Origin: Chiloscyllium plagiosum | Lineage: Eukaryota | Direction: 5' to 3' | Length of the DNA: 64,000 bases | Assembly (NCBI RefSeq): GCF_004010195.1 | Contig: NC_057750.1 | Span: 2,931,167 to 2,995,166 of the forward strand | Shown here: one piece after another, positions 1-13,527 of the stretch | Layout of the letters: every line of letters begins with the position of its first letter | Numbering within the stretch: the stretch's first letter is position 1 | Translations under genes and position numbers: made by a program | Notes under the pieces: model-generated | What the model was told of the DNA's origin: nothing | The model's database searches: none | What the model saw: only the letters and a program-made list of their open reading frames with translations

Positions 1-612
1 AATATCAGGAAAGTTAAAGTCTCCCATAACAACCACCCTATTACTTTCACTCTTCTCTTGAATCATCCTCGCAATCCTTTCTTCTACGTTTCTAGGACTA
101 TTAGGAGGCCTGTAAAAGACTCCTAACAGGGTGACCTCACCTTTCCTATTCCTAGCCTCAGCCCAAACTACCTCAGATGGCGAGTCGTCTTCCATCGTCC
201 TTTCCACAGCTGTAATACTATCTTTGACAAGCAATGCCACACTACCCCCTCTTTTACCCCCACCTCTGACCCTACTAAAACATTTAAACCCTGGAACCTG
301 CAACAACCAATCCTGACCCTGTTCTACCCATGTCTCCGTAATAGCCACAACATCGAAATCCCAGGTACCAACCCACGCTGCAAGTTCACCTACCCTGACC
401 CTACTAAAACATTTAAACCCTGGAACCTGCAACAACCAATCCTGACCCTGTTCTACCCATGTCTCCGTAATAGCCACAACATCGAAATCCCAGGTACCAA
501 CCCACGCTGCAAGTTCACCTACCTTATTTCGTATACTTCTTGCAGGTCCAGGTCCTGCACCCTAAAGCTACAGTCTAGGTTCCAATGCCCCTGCAGAGTT
601 AGCTTAAACTAT
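1..612 (-). mobile_element. CR1 LINE, ORF2 apurinic-type endonuclease region, running off the window start
   Basis: Minus frame 561->1 is open: ARSIRNKVGEL...DVVAITETW...GGSVALLVK...LLGVFYRPPNS...VVVMGDFNFPDI, typical APE motifs. Absent from the ORF track because no stop falls in the window. Confidence 0.9.
266..523. repeat. Exact 129-bp tandem duplication (266-394 / 395-523)
   Basis: Both copies read ctgaccctactaaaac...gcaagttcacctacc. Confidence 0.95.
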
Positions 613-1409
613 AGAAACAGGCCAGGCTGCATTAGACCAGTGATTATGTTCCACATGAGACTCCTACTACCTTATTTCATCTAACACTGATATAACCTGT
701 TTATTTTTAGCACATGTTCTTCATTTCCAACAACAAGTCCCATCTCACTATCGCCTGGGAGAGAGAAAATAAAGTTCCTCCTGAATTGTCAAGTGGATTT
801 ATCAGTGACTACCTTTTAATGGCTCCTGAGCTCTGGCTTCCTTCACAAGTAGAAACACCTATCCCTGTTATCAATCCAATCAAAACCCTTTATAACTTAT
901 GAGGTGCTAATCAGACACTCTTCAATCTTTCCTTTCTTAGATAAAAGAGCCCCATCCGATTCCTCTTTTTTAGTGACTATATTCTCTCAGTTCTGGTATT
1001 ATGCTGGGCTGGTATTAATCGTTAATGGTTTGAGTGGATAATTGTGGACTGCAAACAGCAAGAGATGTCTGCTGGTCGACTTGCGGAGCAACATTCCACT
1101 ACATCAGAGAAATAGTCTAAATGTGGGCAATAGGAATATCAGATGGGCTACATTCCAATCTCTGGGCCACACAGACGGCTCTGTTACAAGTCGAGAATTA
1201 ATAACACACGGGTGCTCAAACCTATATCATCAGCAAGAATATAAAATATAACTGACGTGTTCTCAGTACAATGTAAACACTCACTCAAACTATCCTGAGG
1301 AGAATGTGGAACTTGCTTGCACAGGGAATAGTTGATGCAAATACAGATGCAAGTCTGATGACTTTACATAAACACAAAGAGAAAAGAATGGGAGATTATG
1401 TTAGATAAG

Positions 1410-1900
1410 GGAAAGGAGGACTACAGATGCTAGAGATCAGAGTCGAAAAGTGTGGCATTGGAAAAGCATCATAGATCAGGCAACATCGAAGGAGGAGAGT
1501 CAATGTTTCGGGCATAAGCCCTTCATCAGGAATGGGGGACGGATAGGAGGGGGCGGAGAAATAAATAGGAGGGTGGGGCTGGGGGGTGAGGTAGCTGGGA
1601 AGGTGATAAGTAGATGCAGGTGGAGTGTGATGGGGATAGGTCAGAGGGGAGGGTGGAGCGGAGAATGGGAAGGAAGATACACAGGAGGACAGTTCAAGGG
1701 CAGTGCTGAGTTGGAGGTTGGATCTGGGATGAGGTGGGTGGGGTGAGATGAGGAAACTGGTGAAGTCGATATTGATATCATGTGGGTGGCAGATCCCAAG
1801 GCAGAAGATGTGGTGTTGGGAGGATGACTTGGATTTGGCGGTGGAGGCGGCCCAGGACTTGCATATCCTTGGCGGAGTGGGAGGAGGAGTTATGTTAGGT
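1410..1900 (-). mobile_element. Penelope-like element 3' fragment (family A) with hammerhead core at 1505-1530
   Basis: Same terminal sequence as the GIY-YIG-bearing copy at 52 kb; minus strand reads CTGATGA-A-GGGC-TTAT-GCCC-GAAAC. Confidence 0.8.
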
Positions 1901-3329
1901 AGTTGGGGGTGGAGGAAGGAGTTAGATGAAGTAAGATAGATAAAGACCTACGGGCAGCTTAATCACTAGCATTGACCAATTAGGCTGAATGACCAACTTC
2001 AGTGTTGCTTGAAATTTATACAAGTTCCAACATGCTTCAAAAATGTTGTCTCTACAATGCGGTACAGTTCCAATGGAGCAGCGCAGTGGCTTACAGATGA
2101 GGCCTTAAATTGCAGACTTGTATACCTGTTTGAGCCAGTACAAAAACCTAATGGTACCATTACTTCCTCAATCAACACTATCAAAGGTTAACTGGCAATT
2201 ATCCAGTGGTCTGAGATCATGATATGCACCAAAAGGCACTTACCTGCACATCCAAAAGCAATCTATTGAACTCGAAGCATTTTGAGACATACAGAGGGAG
2301 GGCAAGTTACAGTGCCAGTGAAATTTCTTTCTTTCCTTCAACAGAGGTGCTGACAGGAAACCAACTGATCATCAAAGTACGAGAACAAGACACACAAAAA
2401 TCAATGCTGCAGAATTTATGGAGGAACCAAAACGCCTGGACTGTCCCTTCACAAATGCAAGGGATCATTTATTTTTGTTCACTGATAAATGCTGTGACTG
2501 GTTGGCTGGGTCACTGCAGTAAAAAGTCATGGGTCTGTTGCTGAACATTGTGGGAGGCATAATTGGATATACACTGAGACTTAACTGCTCGACATGTTTG
2601 CTGTTGAATTAACCAATCGCACTTTAGTCAATAATCAAATGGCCTTGCATTGCAACTGTGGTGTTGAATTTAATGTAAAATTGATTTGGTATCATTTTCA
2701 CTCAATGTTCTGAAGCACATCTGATTCACTGACACACAACAGCTGCAGCAGTAGTTACTGCTCCCAAAGCGTCACACAGGATGTTTTACTAATAGTCATT
2801 TGTTCTCACAAACCACAAGTTACGCGGACTAAATAATGACTGGTGTATGATCAAGTCAAAGAAGAGTAAGTACAAATGTGCAGAGAATAGCAGTTGTTTC
2901 AAATTCATTTTATGCAACAAAAATTGAAAAAATGCTCTATGCTTATTCCCTGCTCATGCTGACAAAATGAAATACCCTGGAATTCTGGGAGTGGAAGAGG
3001 GTAAGAACAGAGATTAGGATATGGGTGATGAACATTGGTCCAGTAAATAACTTACAACATAAATTACACGCAATGATTACAAGAGCGTACCTGAATGGAC
3101 CCTCACCTCCTCTATCTTAATTTATTGCTTTTGTATCCAGAATGGTATCTGTAATTCCCCTGAACAGCCTTGCCTCTAAACCAAAGTGTATTTTATCTCA
3201 TCTCTGCATATGTAATGTCTAACTCAATGTTGGTACCCCACAATGACATGTATATAAAAATTCACATAGAAAATTAACTTGTGAATTATTCATCTTATTA
3301 TTCATTAATGGGATGAGGGCATCTCTGGC

Positions 3330-5620
3330 TAGAGTCATAGAGACGTACAGCTCGGAAACAGACCCTTCGGTCCAACTCATCCATGCCGACCAGATATCCC
3401 AACTCAATCTAGTCCCACCTGCCAGCACCCGGCCCACATCCCTCCAAACCCTACCTATTCATATACCCATCCAGATGACTATTAAATGTTGTAATTGTAC
3501 CAGCCACCACCACTTCCTACCCTCGGAGTGAAAAAAATTGCCCTTCAGGTCCCTTTTATACCTTTCTTCTCTCACTCTAAATCTATGCTCTCTAGTTCTG
3601 GACTCCCCTACCACAGGGAAAAGACTTTGTCTATCCTATCCTTCCATACCCCTCATGATTTTATAAACCTCTATAAGGTCACCCCTCAGCCTCCGACACT
3701 CCAGGGAAAACAGCCCCAACCTATTCAATCTTCCCCAACCCTGGCAACATTCTTGTAAATCTTTTCTGAACCCTTTCTAGTTTCACGACATCCTTCCAAT
3801 GGAAAGGAGACCAGAAATGCACGCAATATTCCAAAAGTGGCCTAACCAACGTTCTGTACATCTGCAACATGACCTCCCAACTTCTATACTCAATGCTCTG
3901 ACCAATAAAGGAAAGTATACCAAACACCTTCTTCACTATCCTATCTCCTGCGACTCCACTTTCAAGGAACTATGACCGTGCACTCCAAGGTCTCTTTGTT
4001 CAGCAACACTCCCTAGGACCTTACCATTAAGTGTATAAGTCCTGCTAAGATTTGCTTTCCCAAAATGCAGCACCTCACATTTATCTAAATTAAACTCCAT
4101 CTGCCACTTCTCAGCCCATTGCCCCATGTGATCAAGATCCTTTTATAATCTGAGATAACCTTCTTTGTTGTCCACTACACCTCCAATTTTAGTTAAGTTT
4201 GCAGATGACACTAACTCTACCTCCTATGTTCATATCCAAATCATTTATACAAATGACAAAACGTAGTAAACCCAGCACCGATCCTTGTGGCACTCTACTG
4301 ATCACAGGCCTCCAGTCTGAAAAATAACCCTCCATCATCATCCTCTGTCTTCTACCTTTGAGCCAGTTCTGTATCCAAATGGCTAGTTCTCCCTGTATTC
4401 CATGAGCTTTAACCTTGTTAACTAGTCTACCTAGAAAAGCACAGCAGGTCAGGCAGCATCCGAGAAGCTTGTTGAATGCCTTACTGAAGTCCATATAGAT
4501 CACGTCACTGCTCTGCCCTCATCAATTGTCTTTGTTACTTTTTGAAAAAGTTCAAGAGACATGATTTCTCACACACAAAGCCATGTTGACTATCTCTAAT
4601 CAGTCCTTGCCTTTTCAAATGTGTGTAAATCATGTCCCTCAAGATTCCCTCCAATAACTTGCCCACCACTGACGTCCGGCTCACCGGTCTATAGTTCCCT
4701 GGCTTGTCCTTACCACCTTTCTTAAATAATGGTACCACGTTAGCCAACCTCCAGTCTTCAGCAAGGGGCCCAGCAATCACTTCCCTAGCTTCCCACAGAG
4801 TACTAGGGTACACCTGATCAGATAGGTGAAAGTTAGGACTGCAGATGCTGGAGACTAGAGTCGAGTGTGTGGTGCTGGAAAAGCACAGCAGGTCAGGCAG
4901 TATCCTAGGAGCAGGAAAAGCGACATTTCGGGCAAAAGCCTCATTCCTGATGAAGAGCTTTTACCCAAAATAACAATTTTCCTGCTTCTCGGATGCTGCC
5001 TGACCTGCTGTGCTTTTCTAGCACCACACTCTTGACCCTACACCCGATCAGGTCCTGGGGATTTATCCATCTTTATGCATTTCAAGACATCCAGCACTTC
5101 CTCCTCTGTAATATGGACATTTATCATGAAGTTACCATCTATTTCCCTACAGTCTATATCTTCCATGTCCTTCTCCACAGTAAACACTGATGCAAAACAC
5201 TCATTTAGTATCTCCCCCATCTCCTGCGACTCCACACAAAGGCTGCCTTGCTGATCTTTGAGGGGCCCTATTCTCTCCTTATTCTTTTGTCCTTAATGTA
5301 TTTATAAAATCCCTTTGGATTTTCCTTAACCCTATTTGCCAAAGCTATCTCGTGTCCCCTTTTTGCCCTCCTGATTTCCCTCTTAAGTATACTCCTACTG
5401 ACTTAATACTCTAAGGATTCACTCGATCTCTCCTGTCTATATCTGATGTATGCGTCCATCTTTTTCTTAACCTAACCCTCAATTACTCTAGTCATCCATC
5501 ATTCCCTCCACCTGCCAGCCTTTCCTTTCATCCTAAAAGGAATATACTGTCTCTGGACTCTCGTTATCTCATTTCTGAAGGCTTCCCATTTTCCAGCCAC
5601 CCCTTTACCCGCGATCATCT
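3330..5620 (-). mobile_element. Decayed CR1 LINE (RT domain to 3' tail), interrupted by PLE inserts
   Basis: ORF fragments DWRLANVVPLFKKGGKDKPGNYRPVS, SQHGF, YMDFSKAF, VPQGSVLG, WAEKWQMEFN, LVRPLLEYC; 3' tail ...ctatgactct at about 3330. Confidence 0.92.
4822..5038. mobile_element. Fold-back PLE family A terminal repeat nested in the CR1
   Basis: Inverted arms around 4940-4950; flanking direct repeat tacacc(t/c)gatcag at 4809-4821 and 5039-5051. Confidence 0.8.
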
Positions 5621-6004
5621 AGGCCAGTATTTATTGCCCATCCCTAATTTCCGAGAGGGCAATTAAGAGTCAACCACATTGCCGAGGCTCTGGAGTCCCA
5701 CATAGGCCAGACATGGTAAGGTTGGCAGTTTTCCTTCCCTAAAGCTTTGTCTTATCTGTGGAATACCCTACCCAGTGGAGCAGTTGAGGCTACCTTGTTG
5801 AATGTTTTTAATGTAAAGATAGATAGATTTTGAATAGAGAAGGAGTTAAGGATTAGGGTGAGCAGTCAGGTAAGTGGAGCTGAGTCCACGAAAAGATCAG
5901 GCATAATCTTATTGATTGGTGGAGCAGCTTGACGGGCCAGATGGCCTACTCCTGTTCCTATTTCTTATGTTCTTACAAGACTAACAATTTGACCCACCTT
6001 CGAC

Positions 6005-6181
6005 AGTTGAAAAGTGTGGTGCTGGAAAAACACAGCAGGCCAGGCAGCATCCGAGGAGCAGGAGAATCGACGTTTCGTTGATTCTCCTGCTCCTCGGAGG
6101 CTGCTTGGCCTGCAGTGTTTTTCCAGCACAACACTTTTCAACTCTGGTCTCCAGCATCTGCAGTCCTCACTTTCTCCTCGT
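6005..6181. mobile_element. Fold-back PLE family A fragment
   Basis: Arms 6005-6072 and 6076-6143 with a ttt loop; TSD ccaccttcgacagt at 5994-6007 and 6182-6195. Confidence 0.85.
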
Positions 6182-8099
6182 CCACCTTCGACAGTGCCAT
6201 ACTCCCTCAGTAACTTCACTGGGAGTTTTAGCCAAGGATCTGTGCCCAAGTGACTAGAGCAGGGTTTTAATCCACAACCTTCTGACTCAGATGAGAAAGC
6301 TAGCCACTCAGCCCCAGCATTTCACTGACAGACTTCAACTGTTGACAAAAGATTTTGGAAATCTGATAAAATCTCAGATTTCAGATGGATTTGCTGCTCA
6401 AGTAATGTGCTTTGCAGGGCAAACATTTGCAAATAAAAAATAAATTTGCAGTGTCTCAGAAATATTTATATGAAATTTATACGGCGGAGAGTGGGGGGGG
6501 AGGGGGGGGCGGAGAGGGACGGGCACAGGCACACATGCACAGACAGAGCCAGAGAAGCAGAAGTACAAAATCAAATTTAAACCAATAGGGAACAGATTAA
6601 TCTGTGAAGTCCACTGTATATGATAAGAACTGCCTTAAGCAAAAAGTGGAAAGTGAATTTCTTGCTCAGCTATTATGAGGGATGAAAGGATACCTGTTAT
6701 ATATGGATAATTTTATACATGTTTATGCATAATCAGGTGTAAAGTAGGGTAGACTGAATAGCTATTGCTATTACAAAGCTGTTGACAGGCTATGGTCAGA
6801 GACAGCTTCTCTCAGGCTCCAGAATCCCAACGTGGGAAACAGCAAGAAAACTGGCCACTCTACAGAAATAAACACAGCTCAGAAACAATGCGACTGGCTC
6901 CTGCTCCCACCACCCTGTCACTGAGTCTCAAATCACAGCCAACTTTGTGCTAAGGCAGATTCCTTCCTCTTCTCGTTACCCAAATCATAGGTCTCTAAGC
7001 TCAACGGAATGTGACCAGAATGGCAGTTGAAGAAAGAATAAGTCAGAGATGGGGGAGGGGCTGTACAGTGGACAGAGAAAGCAGCAGTAGAATCTGGTCC
7101 CATTTAAACATTGCTACTAAGGCAATTGTTCTGATTGGGATTTTATTTAATACATGATCTTAGCTAACCTACCTTAGGGGGCTTCGTAGTTTCCATGCAC
7201 CATTTCTGTAAGTGTGCAGTGTTTTCTTTCTGGCTGTAATCAATATGCTAAAGCATTTACAAATCAGCAGAAATGATGTTATCACTGGGCATTTTGAAAC
7301 TGATAAACGAACCACCTATCACTGCTGCAATACAGTGCTCATTGCACAGTCAAAGTCTGGCAATAAAATGCAAATGAATGACACGTTTCTGATAAGTTGC
7401 AATATCCAGTCTCCACCGCCACTAAGATCGCAAAGGTTCAATGCAAGGTCTCTCCCCTCACTGTCACCGTGTCCCCAACTTCAAGGACTATGGTCACGGC
7501 AGTAGGAATGGAAAGGAAACAGTGCCCTTGCAAAAGCCTGTGGACCTCAGCCTCCTATCAGCATATTTAAAATACACTGGGCCGGGACAAATTGTACTCT
7601 GTTTTAAGATAACATCTAACGAAAGAATTGTATGATTTCAGCATTGTTAAGTTTTTAAAGTCCCGGTCAAAACCTACTTTCGCCAATATTCCATGTCATT
7701 TGCGTCCCTTTGACCCATACATTAAATAATGTCTATTGACTTTTGTTCTTTTAAAACCTTCACAGCATTTCAGATGCTCATTCAATTGATTAAATGGATA
7801 CTTCCTTCGAAAACTTCACAGTGATCTCGTTGCACATTATAGTAACTTCTGTTGAGCTGCATGTGGAGAGGGACAACGCACTGGACATAGCAGGTAAAAA
7901 GTAGTGAATCAAGATTGGCTGCTCAGGAAAGCTGCCTGAATCCCTATTGAGTTTCCTCTGCAGAGAGGGAGTCATCCAGTGGCTTTTCCAGATAGGGACA
8001 GGCTGCAGGTGCTTGGAGCCATTTGCTGATCAGTAATGCTATCTTAAAGTGATGCCCTAGCAAAACTAAAATGAATGAGTATTAAGAGGCAAACTCACC

Positions 8100-9135
8100 A
8101 TTGATTGGAATCATACCTGGCACATAGAAAAATGGTTGTGGTTGTTAGAGGTCAGTCATCTCAGCTCCAGGACGTCTCTGCAGGAGTTCCTCAGGATAGT
8201 GTCCTAGGCCCAACCATCTTCACAGCTACTTCAGCAATGACCTTCCCTCCATCATAACATCAGAAGGTGGGATGTTTGCAGATGATTGCACAATGTTCAG
8301 CACCATTTGCGACTCCTCAGATACTGAAGCAGTCCATGTCCAAATGCGACAAGATTTGGACAATATCCAGGCTTGGGCTGACAAGTGGCAAGTGATGTTT
8401 GCACCACACAAATGGCCAGGTTATGACCATCACCAACAAAAGACAATCTAACTGCCGCCCCTTGACATTCAATGGTACTACTATCACTGAATATTCCATT
8501 AACAATATCCTGGGGGGATTACCATTGACCAGAAATTCAACTGGACTCACCAATAAACACACCGACTACAGGAGCAGGTCAGAGATAGGAATGCTGCGTG
8601 GAGTAACTCATCTGCTGACTCCCTAAAGCCCGTCCATCACCTACAAGGCACAAGACAGGGGCGCAATTGAATACTCCCCACTTGCTTAGATGGGTGCAGC
8701 TCCAACAACACAAGAAGTGTGACACCATCCAGGACCATGCAGCCCCCGCTCAATTGGCACTACATCCACAAACATTGATTCCCTCCAACACCGATGCTCA
8801 GTCGCAGCAGTATAGCATCTACAAGGTGCACTGCAGAAATTCATCCAAGATCCTGAGACACCAACTTCCAAATCCACGACTGCTTCTATCTAGAAGGACA
8901 AGGGCAGCAGGTACATGGAAACACCACTCCCCGCAAGTTCCCTTGCAAGCCACTCACCATCCTGACTTGGAAATATATCACTGACATGGGTAGACATCCT
9001 GGAATTACCTCCCTAAGGGGCATTGAGAGTCAAACTACAGCACATTGACTGCAGCGGTTCAAGATGGCAGTTCACCCCCAATTTCTCAAGGGCAACAAAT
9101 GCTGGCCTGCCAGCAACACAAATGAATAAAAATAA
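8100..9135 (+). mobile_element. Older CR1/L2-group LINE, RT domain to 3' tail
   Basis: Decayed GVPQxSVLGPTIF...NDLPS...GMFADDC; tail ...aatgaataaaaa shared with other short repeats in the window (e.g. 30520-30815). Confidence 0.8.
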
Positions 9136-12100
9136 AGCCTTTGTTGCGCCACTTAACGAGATCATGGTTGACCTGAGAGACTTAATTCTGTAGCCTTCTG
9201 CCTTTTGGCTAACAATAATGTATCTCAGTTTTATTCATCTCATTGATCTCACATCATCTGCCATTTGCAGGGAATTGTTTCCAGGACACAAAAGATAGAT
9301 ATAGAGATATTGTCATTTCTGAAGGAGACTGAAATTAGATGCCATTTGTGGAAGATAGTCTATATAAGGTAATTACATCCAATAAGGAAGTCAGGAGTAA
9401 CCTTCACTCAGAGTGGTGAGAATGTGGAGCTCATTACTATAGTTGGTAGTCAAGACAACTAGCACCAGTACATTACACACAAGTTAAGAAAGGATTAGAA
9501 GGGAATATTAATTAGGTTCGATGAAGTCTGTGGGGATGGTGCATTTGTATTAAAACAGACCAGTTGAGCCAAACTGTCTGCTTCTGTCATGCAAATATTA
9601 TGCAATTCTGTGTCAACCTTACACAACACTGGCAGATATAATACATTATAAGAAGCACCTTTGAAATCAGATGCAATATGCTGATGACAAATGACCAGTA
9701 TCACATTTCAGGAACAGAATAGTTACCTGCTGTAATTGAGGATACTATATCGTTGAGACTGTAATGTTGATGACTAAAGTTAAGAATCAGTCAGAAAGGT
9801 GGTAGAAAGGAGAATAAAAGGAATATGGTGACAGGATGGGCATGCGGGATTAAGTCAGAAACAGGATAAATGGGGTTATAATTCTTCTGTAATTGAACTT
9901 TCCTGTTCTACGGCATAACAGCAATGCTTTGATTACACGTAATGCTTGGGTTAATATGTGGCTGCTTGCCTGGATGTCTCAAAACTATACACTTAGAGTA
10001 GACATTTACTATTTTTATACAGAATTGGAATATTTATCTGTAGGACGCAACCAAGGACCAAGCGGAGGCTATTCAGGTCATCAAGCCTGTTCCACCGTTC
10101 AATTCGATCAGGCTGAACCGTATCTTAACTTCATCAGCTCACTCTATAACTCTGAATATCTTCATTGAGTAACAACTGGTTAATTTCAACTCTGAAATTT
10201 TCAACTGACCCCTTCCCACTCTAAATCTCAATAGATTTTTTTAAAGTGGAGAGAAATGAATAGATAACAGGAATATGACAGTAAAACACTGGTGAGAACC
10301 GCCTATGCGTGCAAACACAATCATTAGATTAAGGCTAACACACATGCATTTCCTACAGGTCACAGCTGCACTGGAAACAGAATTTGGATTCAGGGAATTA
10401 CAAAAATCCACATCATATTGCATTCTGTTAAGCACACACAGCTCCATTTGGTAATGAAAGGTGCCTAAATTAAGACAGAATTTCAGAATGCGATACCCAA
10501 AAGACCAATAAAAACACTTGACTAACACGTAATAAAAATGGAATTTGGCCAATTCAATCACAATAAGGCAGTGGCCTTAATTATGGAGAATAGTAGTTCC
10601 TTTGTACATTACAAGCAAGCTTTTCTATTTACATAGAAATACATGCGATTCACAATGCAATTACCAAATCAGGAGCACTACAGCATTAATCTCATGAGGC
10701 CCACTCAGTCACTGTGAACGAGGGACTGGGGGCAATAGCACAATATTTTATTCAGTATGCAATGAGCTAAGTTGTAGTTACTCTGCAGATGGGTTCACAC
10801 AATACAAGGGACAAAGGCTTGGGTGAAGATGGATAGGTTCAAGTGTGAGCTGGTCATGATTGAGCACTCAACGAGTCATAGAATCAGTCAGTGTGGAAAC
10901 AGACAAAAACTGTACACAGTACTCCAGAAGAGACCTCACCAGCATCCAGTAACCTCAACATAACATCCCAACTTCTATACTCAAATGTCTGATCAATGAA
11001 GGCACGCATGCTAAACGTCTTCTTTACCACCCTGTCTACCAGTGATGCAAATTTCAACGAATTATATACTTGACCCACTAGATCTTTGTTCTACAACACT
11101 ACTCAGAGCTCTACCATTAATTGCACCATTCCTGTGCTTGTTTGTTTTACCTAAATACAATACTTCACATTTATCCAAATTAAACTCCATCTGCTATTCC
11201 TCAGTTGATCAAGATCTTCAAAGTTTGGGAGAAGATCCTCAGTTGATCAAGATCTCTTTGTAATCTTAAATAACTTCTTCACTCTATCACCAATTTTGGT
11301 GTCATCTACAAACTTACTAACCATTCCTCCTATAATCTCATCCAAATAATTTATACAAATGACAAACAAAAGTGGACCCAGTACCGATCCCTGTGGAATC
11401 ACATGCCTCCAGTCAGTCTTCTACCAGAAAGCCAATTTTGTATCCAGTTGGCAAGCTCATCCTGAATCCCATGTGAGCTAACTTTCTAATTAGTCTACCA
11501 TGTGGAACCTTGCCAAAGGCTTTGCTGAAGTCCAAGTAAGTAACTCTGCCCTCGTCAATCTTTTTGGTTACTTCATTAAACAAACTCTATTTAAGTTTGA
11601 GAGAGAATTTTTCTCACACCAAACCATGCTGATTATTCCTAAACAATCCTTGCCTCTCCAAATGTACGTAAATCCTATCTTTCAGAATCACTTCCAATAA
11701 CTTTTCCATCACCAATGTCAGACTCACAGATCTATAGTTTGCAGGCTTCTCCTTACAACCTTTCTTAAACAATGGCACATTAGCCATCCTCCAGTCCTCT
11801 GGTGCTTCACCTGTGTTTATAAATGATACAAATATTTTTGCTAGGTGTCTTGCAATTTCTTCTCTAACTTTCCAAAACGTCCTGGAGTACCACGTGGTCA
11901 GTTCCTGGAAATTTATCTACCTTTATGTTTTCCAAGACATGCAGCATTTCCTCTTATGTTATGTGGACTATTTTCAAAACATCAGTATTTACTTCCAAGT
12001 TCTCCAGCCTCCATTCCTTTCTCAACAGTAAAAACTGACGCAAAATATTCATTTGATATCTCTCCCATCTTCTGAGGTTCAACATAAAGATGACCTCGTT

Positions 12101-12300
12101 GATCTTTCAGGTGACTTCTTTCTCTCTATTTGCTCTCCTGCTCTTAATATATCTGTAGAATCTTTTTTGGATTATCTTTAACCTTATCTGCCAAAGCTAT
12201 AGTATATCCCCTCTTTGCCTTCCTAATTTCCTTCTAAAGTATGCGCATACACTCTTATACTCTTCAAGAAATTCAGTCGATGCCAATTGTCTATATCTCA

Positions 12301-12772
12301 GTCATAGAGATGTAGAGCATGGAAACAAATCCTTCGGTCCAACCCGTCCATGCCGACCAGATATCCCAACCCAATCTAGACCCACATGTCAGCACCCAGC
12401 CCATATCCCTCCAAATTCTTCCTATTCATATACCCACCCAAATGCCTTTTAAATGTACTAGCCTCCACCACTCTCTCTGGCAGCTCATTTCATACACGTT
12501 CCACCTTCTGCGTGAAAAAGTTGCCCCTTAAGTCTCTTTTATATCATTCCCCTCTCACCCTTAAACCTATGCCCTCTAATTCTGGACTCGAGCACCCCAG
12601 GGAAAAGACTTTGTCGATTTATCCTATCCATGGCCCTCATGATTTTATAAACCTCTATAAGGTCACCCTGAGCCTTCGATACTCCAGGAAAAACAGCCCT
12701 AGCCTATTCAACCTCTCCCTATAGCTGAAATCCTCCAACCCTGGCAACATCCTTGTAAATCTTTTCTGAACT
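12301..12772 (-). mobile_element. Younger CR1 3' fragment nested in the older CR1
   Basis: Same 3' end as copies at 3330, 18380 and 23060. Confidence 0.85.
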
Positions 12773-13411
12773 AATACATGATTCTTTTTTACTCTTGACT
12801 AGAATCTTAATATCTTTAATCATCCATTTCTCCCAATCAAATCAATCTTGCTTTTCACTCTAATAGGAGCATAAGGTCTCTAAACTCTCGTTATCACAAT
12901 TTTGAAAGCCTCCCACTTATCAGTGACCCCTTTACCTGCAACTAATCTACTCCAATCAAATTTTAAAAATTCTTGTCTTATCCCCTTGAAATTTGCCTTA
13001 CCATGCTTAAAAACTTAACTTTTATGGAAGACTTATCCTTTTCCATAACTATTTTAAAACAAATAATATTAAGATGACTAGTCCAAAGCGTTCCCCTATG
13101 AACATTTCAGTCATTTGCCCTGTCTTATTACCCAAGAGGTCAGGTTTTGCTCCTTTTCTCATAGAAACATTTACATTTTGATAAAGAAAATTTTCTTGAA
13201 CACATTTAACAAATGCTTCATCATCGAAACCTTTAACACTACGGCAATCCCTGTCAATGTTTTGAAAATCAAGTCCCCTACAACTACAAACATTTTAAAA
13301 AAATATTTGAGAGCTCACTACATATTTGCTTCTCAATTTCGCAGTGACTATTAGGGACCTACAGTACAATCTCATCAAGATTGTTTCAGTTGCACGAGAC
13401 TGTAATCGTTT

Positions 13412-13527
13412 GCTATAAAATCTGTTTTGATACCACTCCACAGCTACCTGAAGGAGCAGTGCTCCAAAAGCTTGCATTTCCAAATAAACCTGTTGGACTA
13501 TAACCTAGTGTTGTGTGATTTTTAGCT
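13412..13527 (+). mobile_element. PLE family B terminal fragment with degenerate hammerhead
   Basis: cctgaaggagcagtgctccaaaagc...ccaaataaacctgttggactataacc. Confidence 0.7.

Noticed and set aside
6482..6525. G-rich tract with G-quadruplex potential (also the C-tract at about 46985-47008)
   Set aside because: Simple low-complexity runs with no supporting context.
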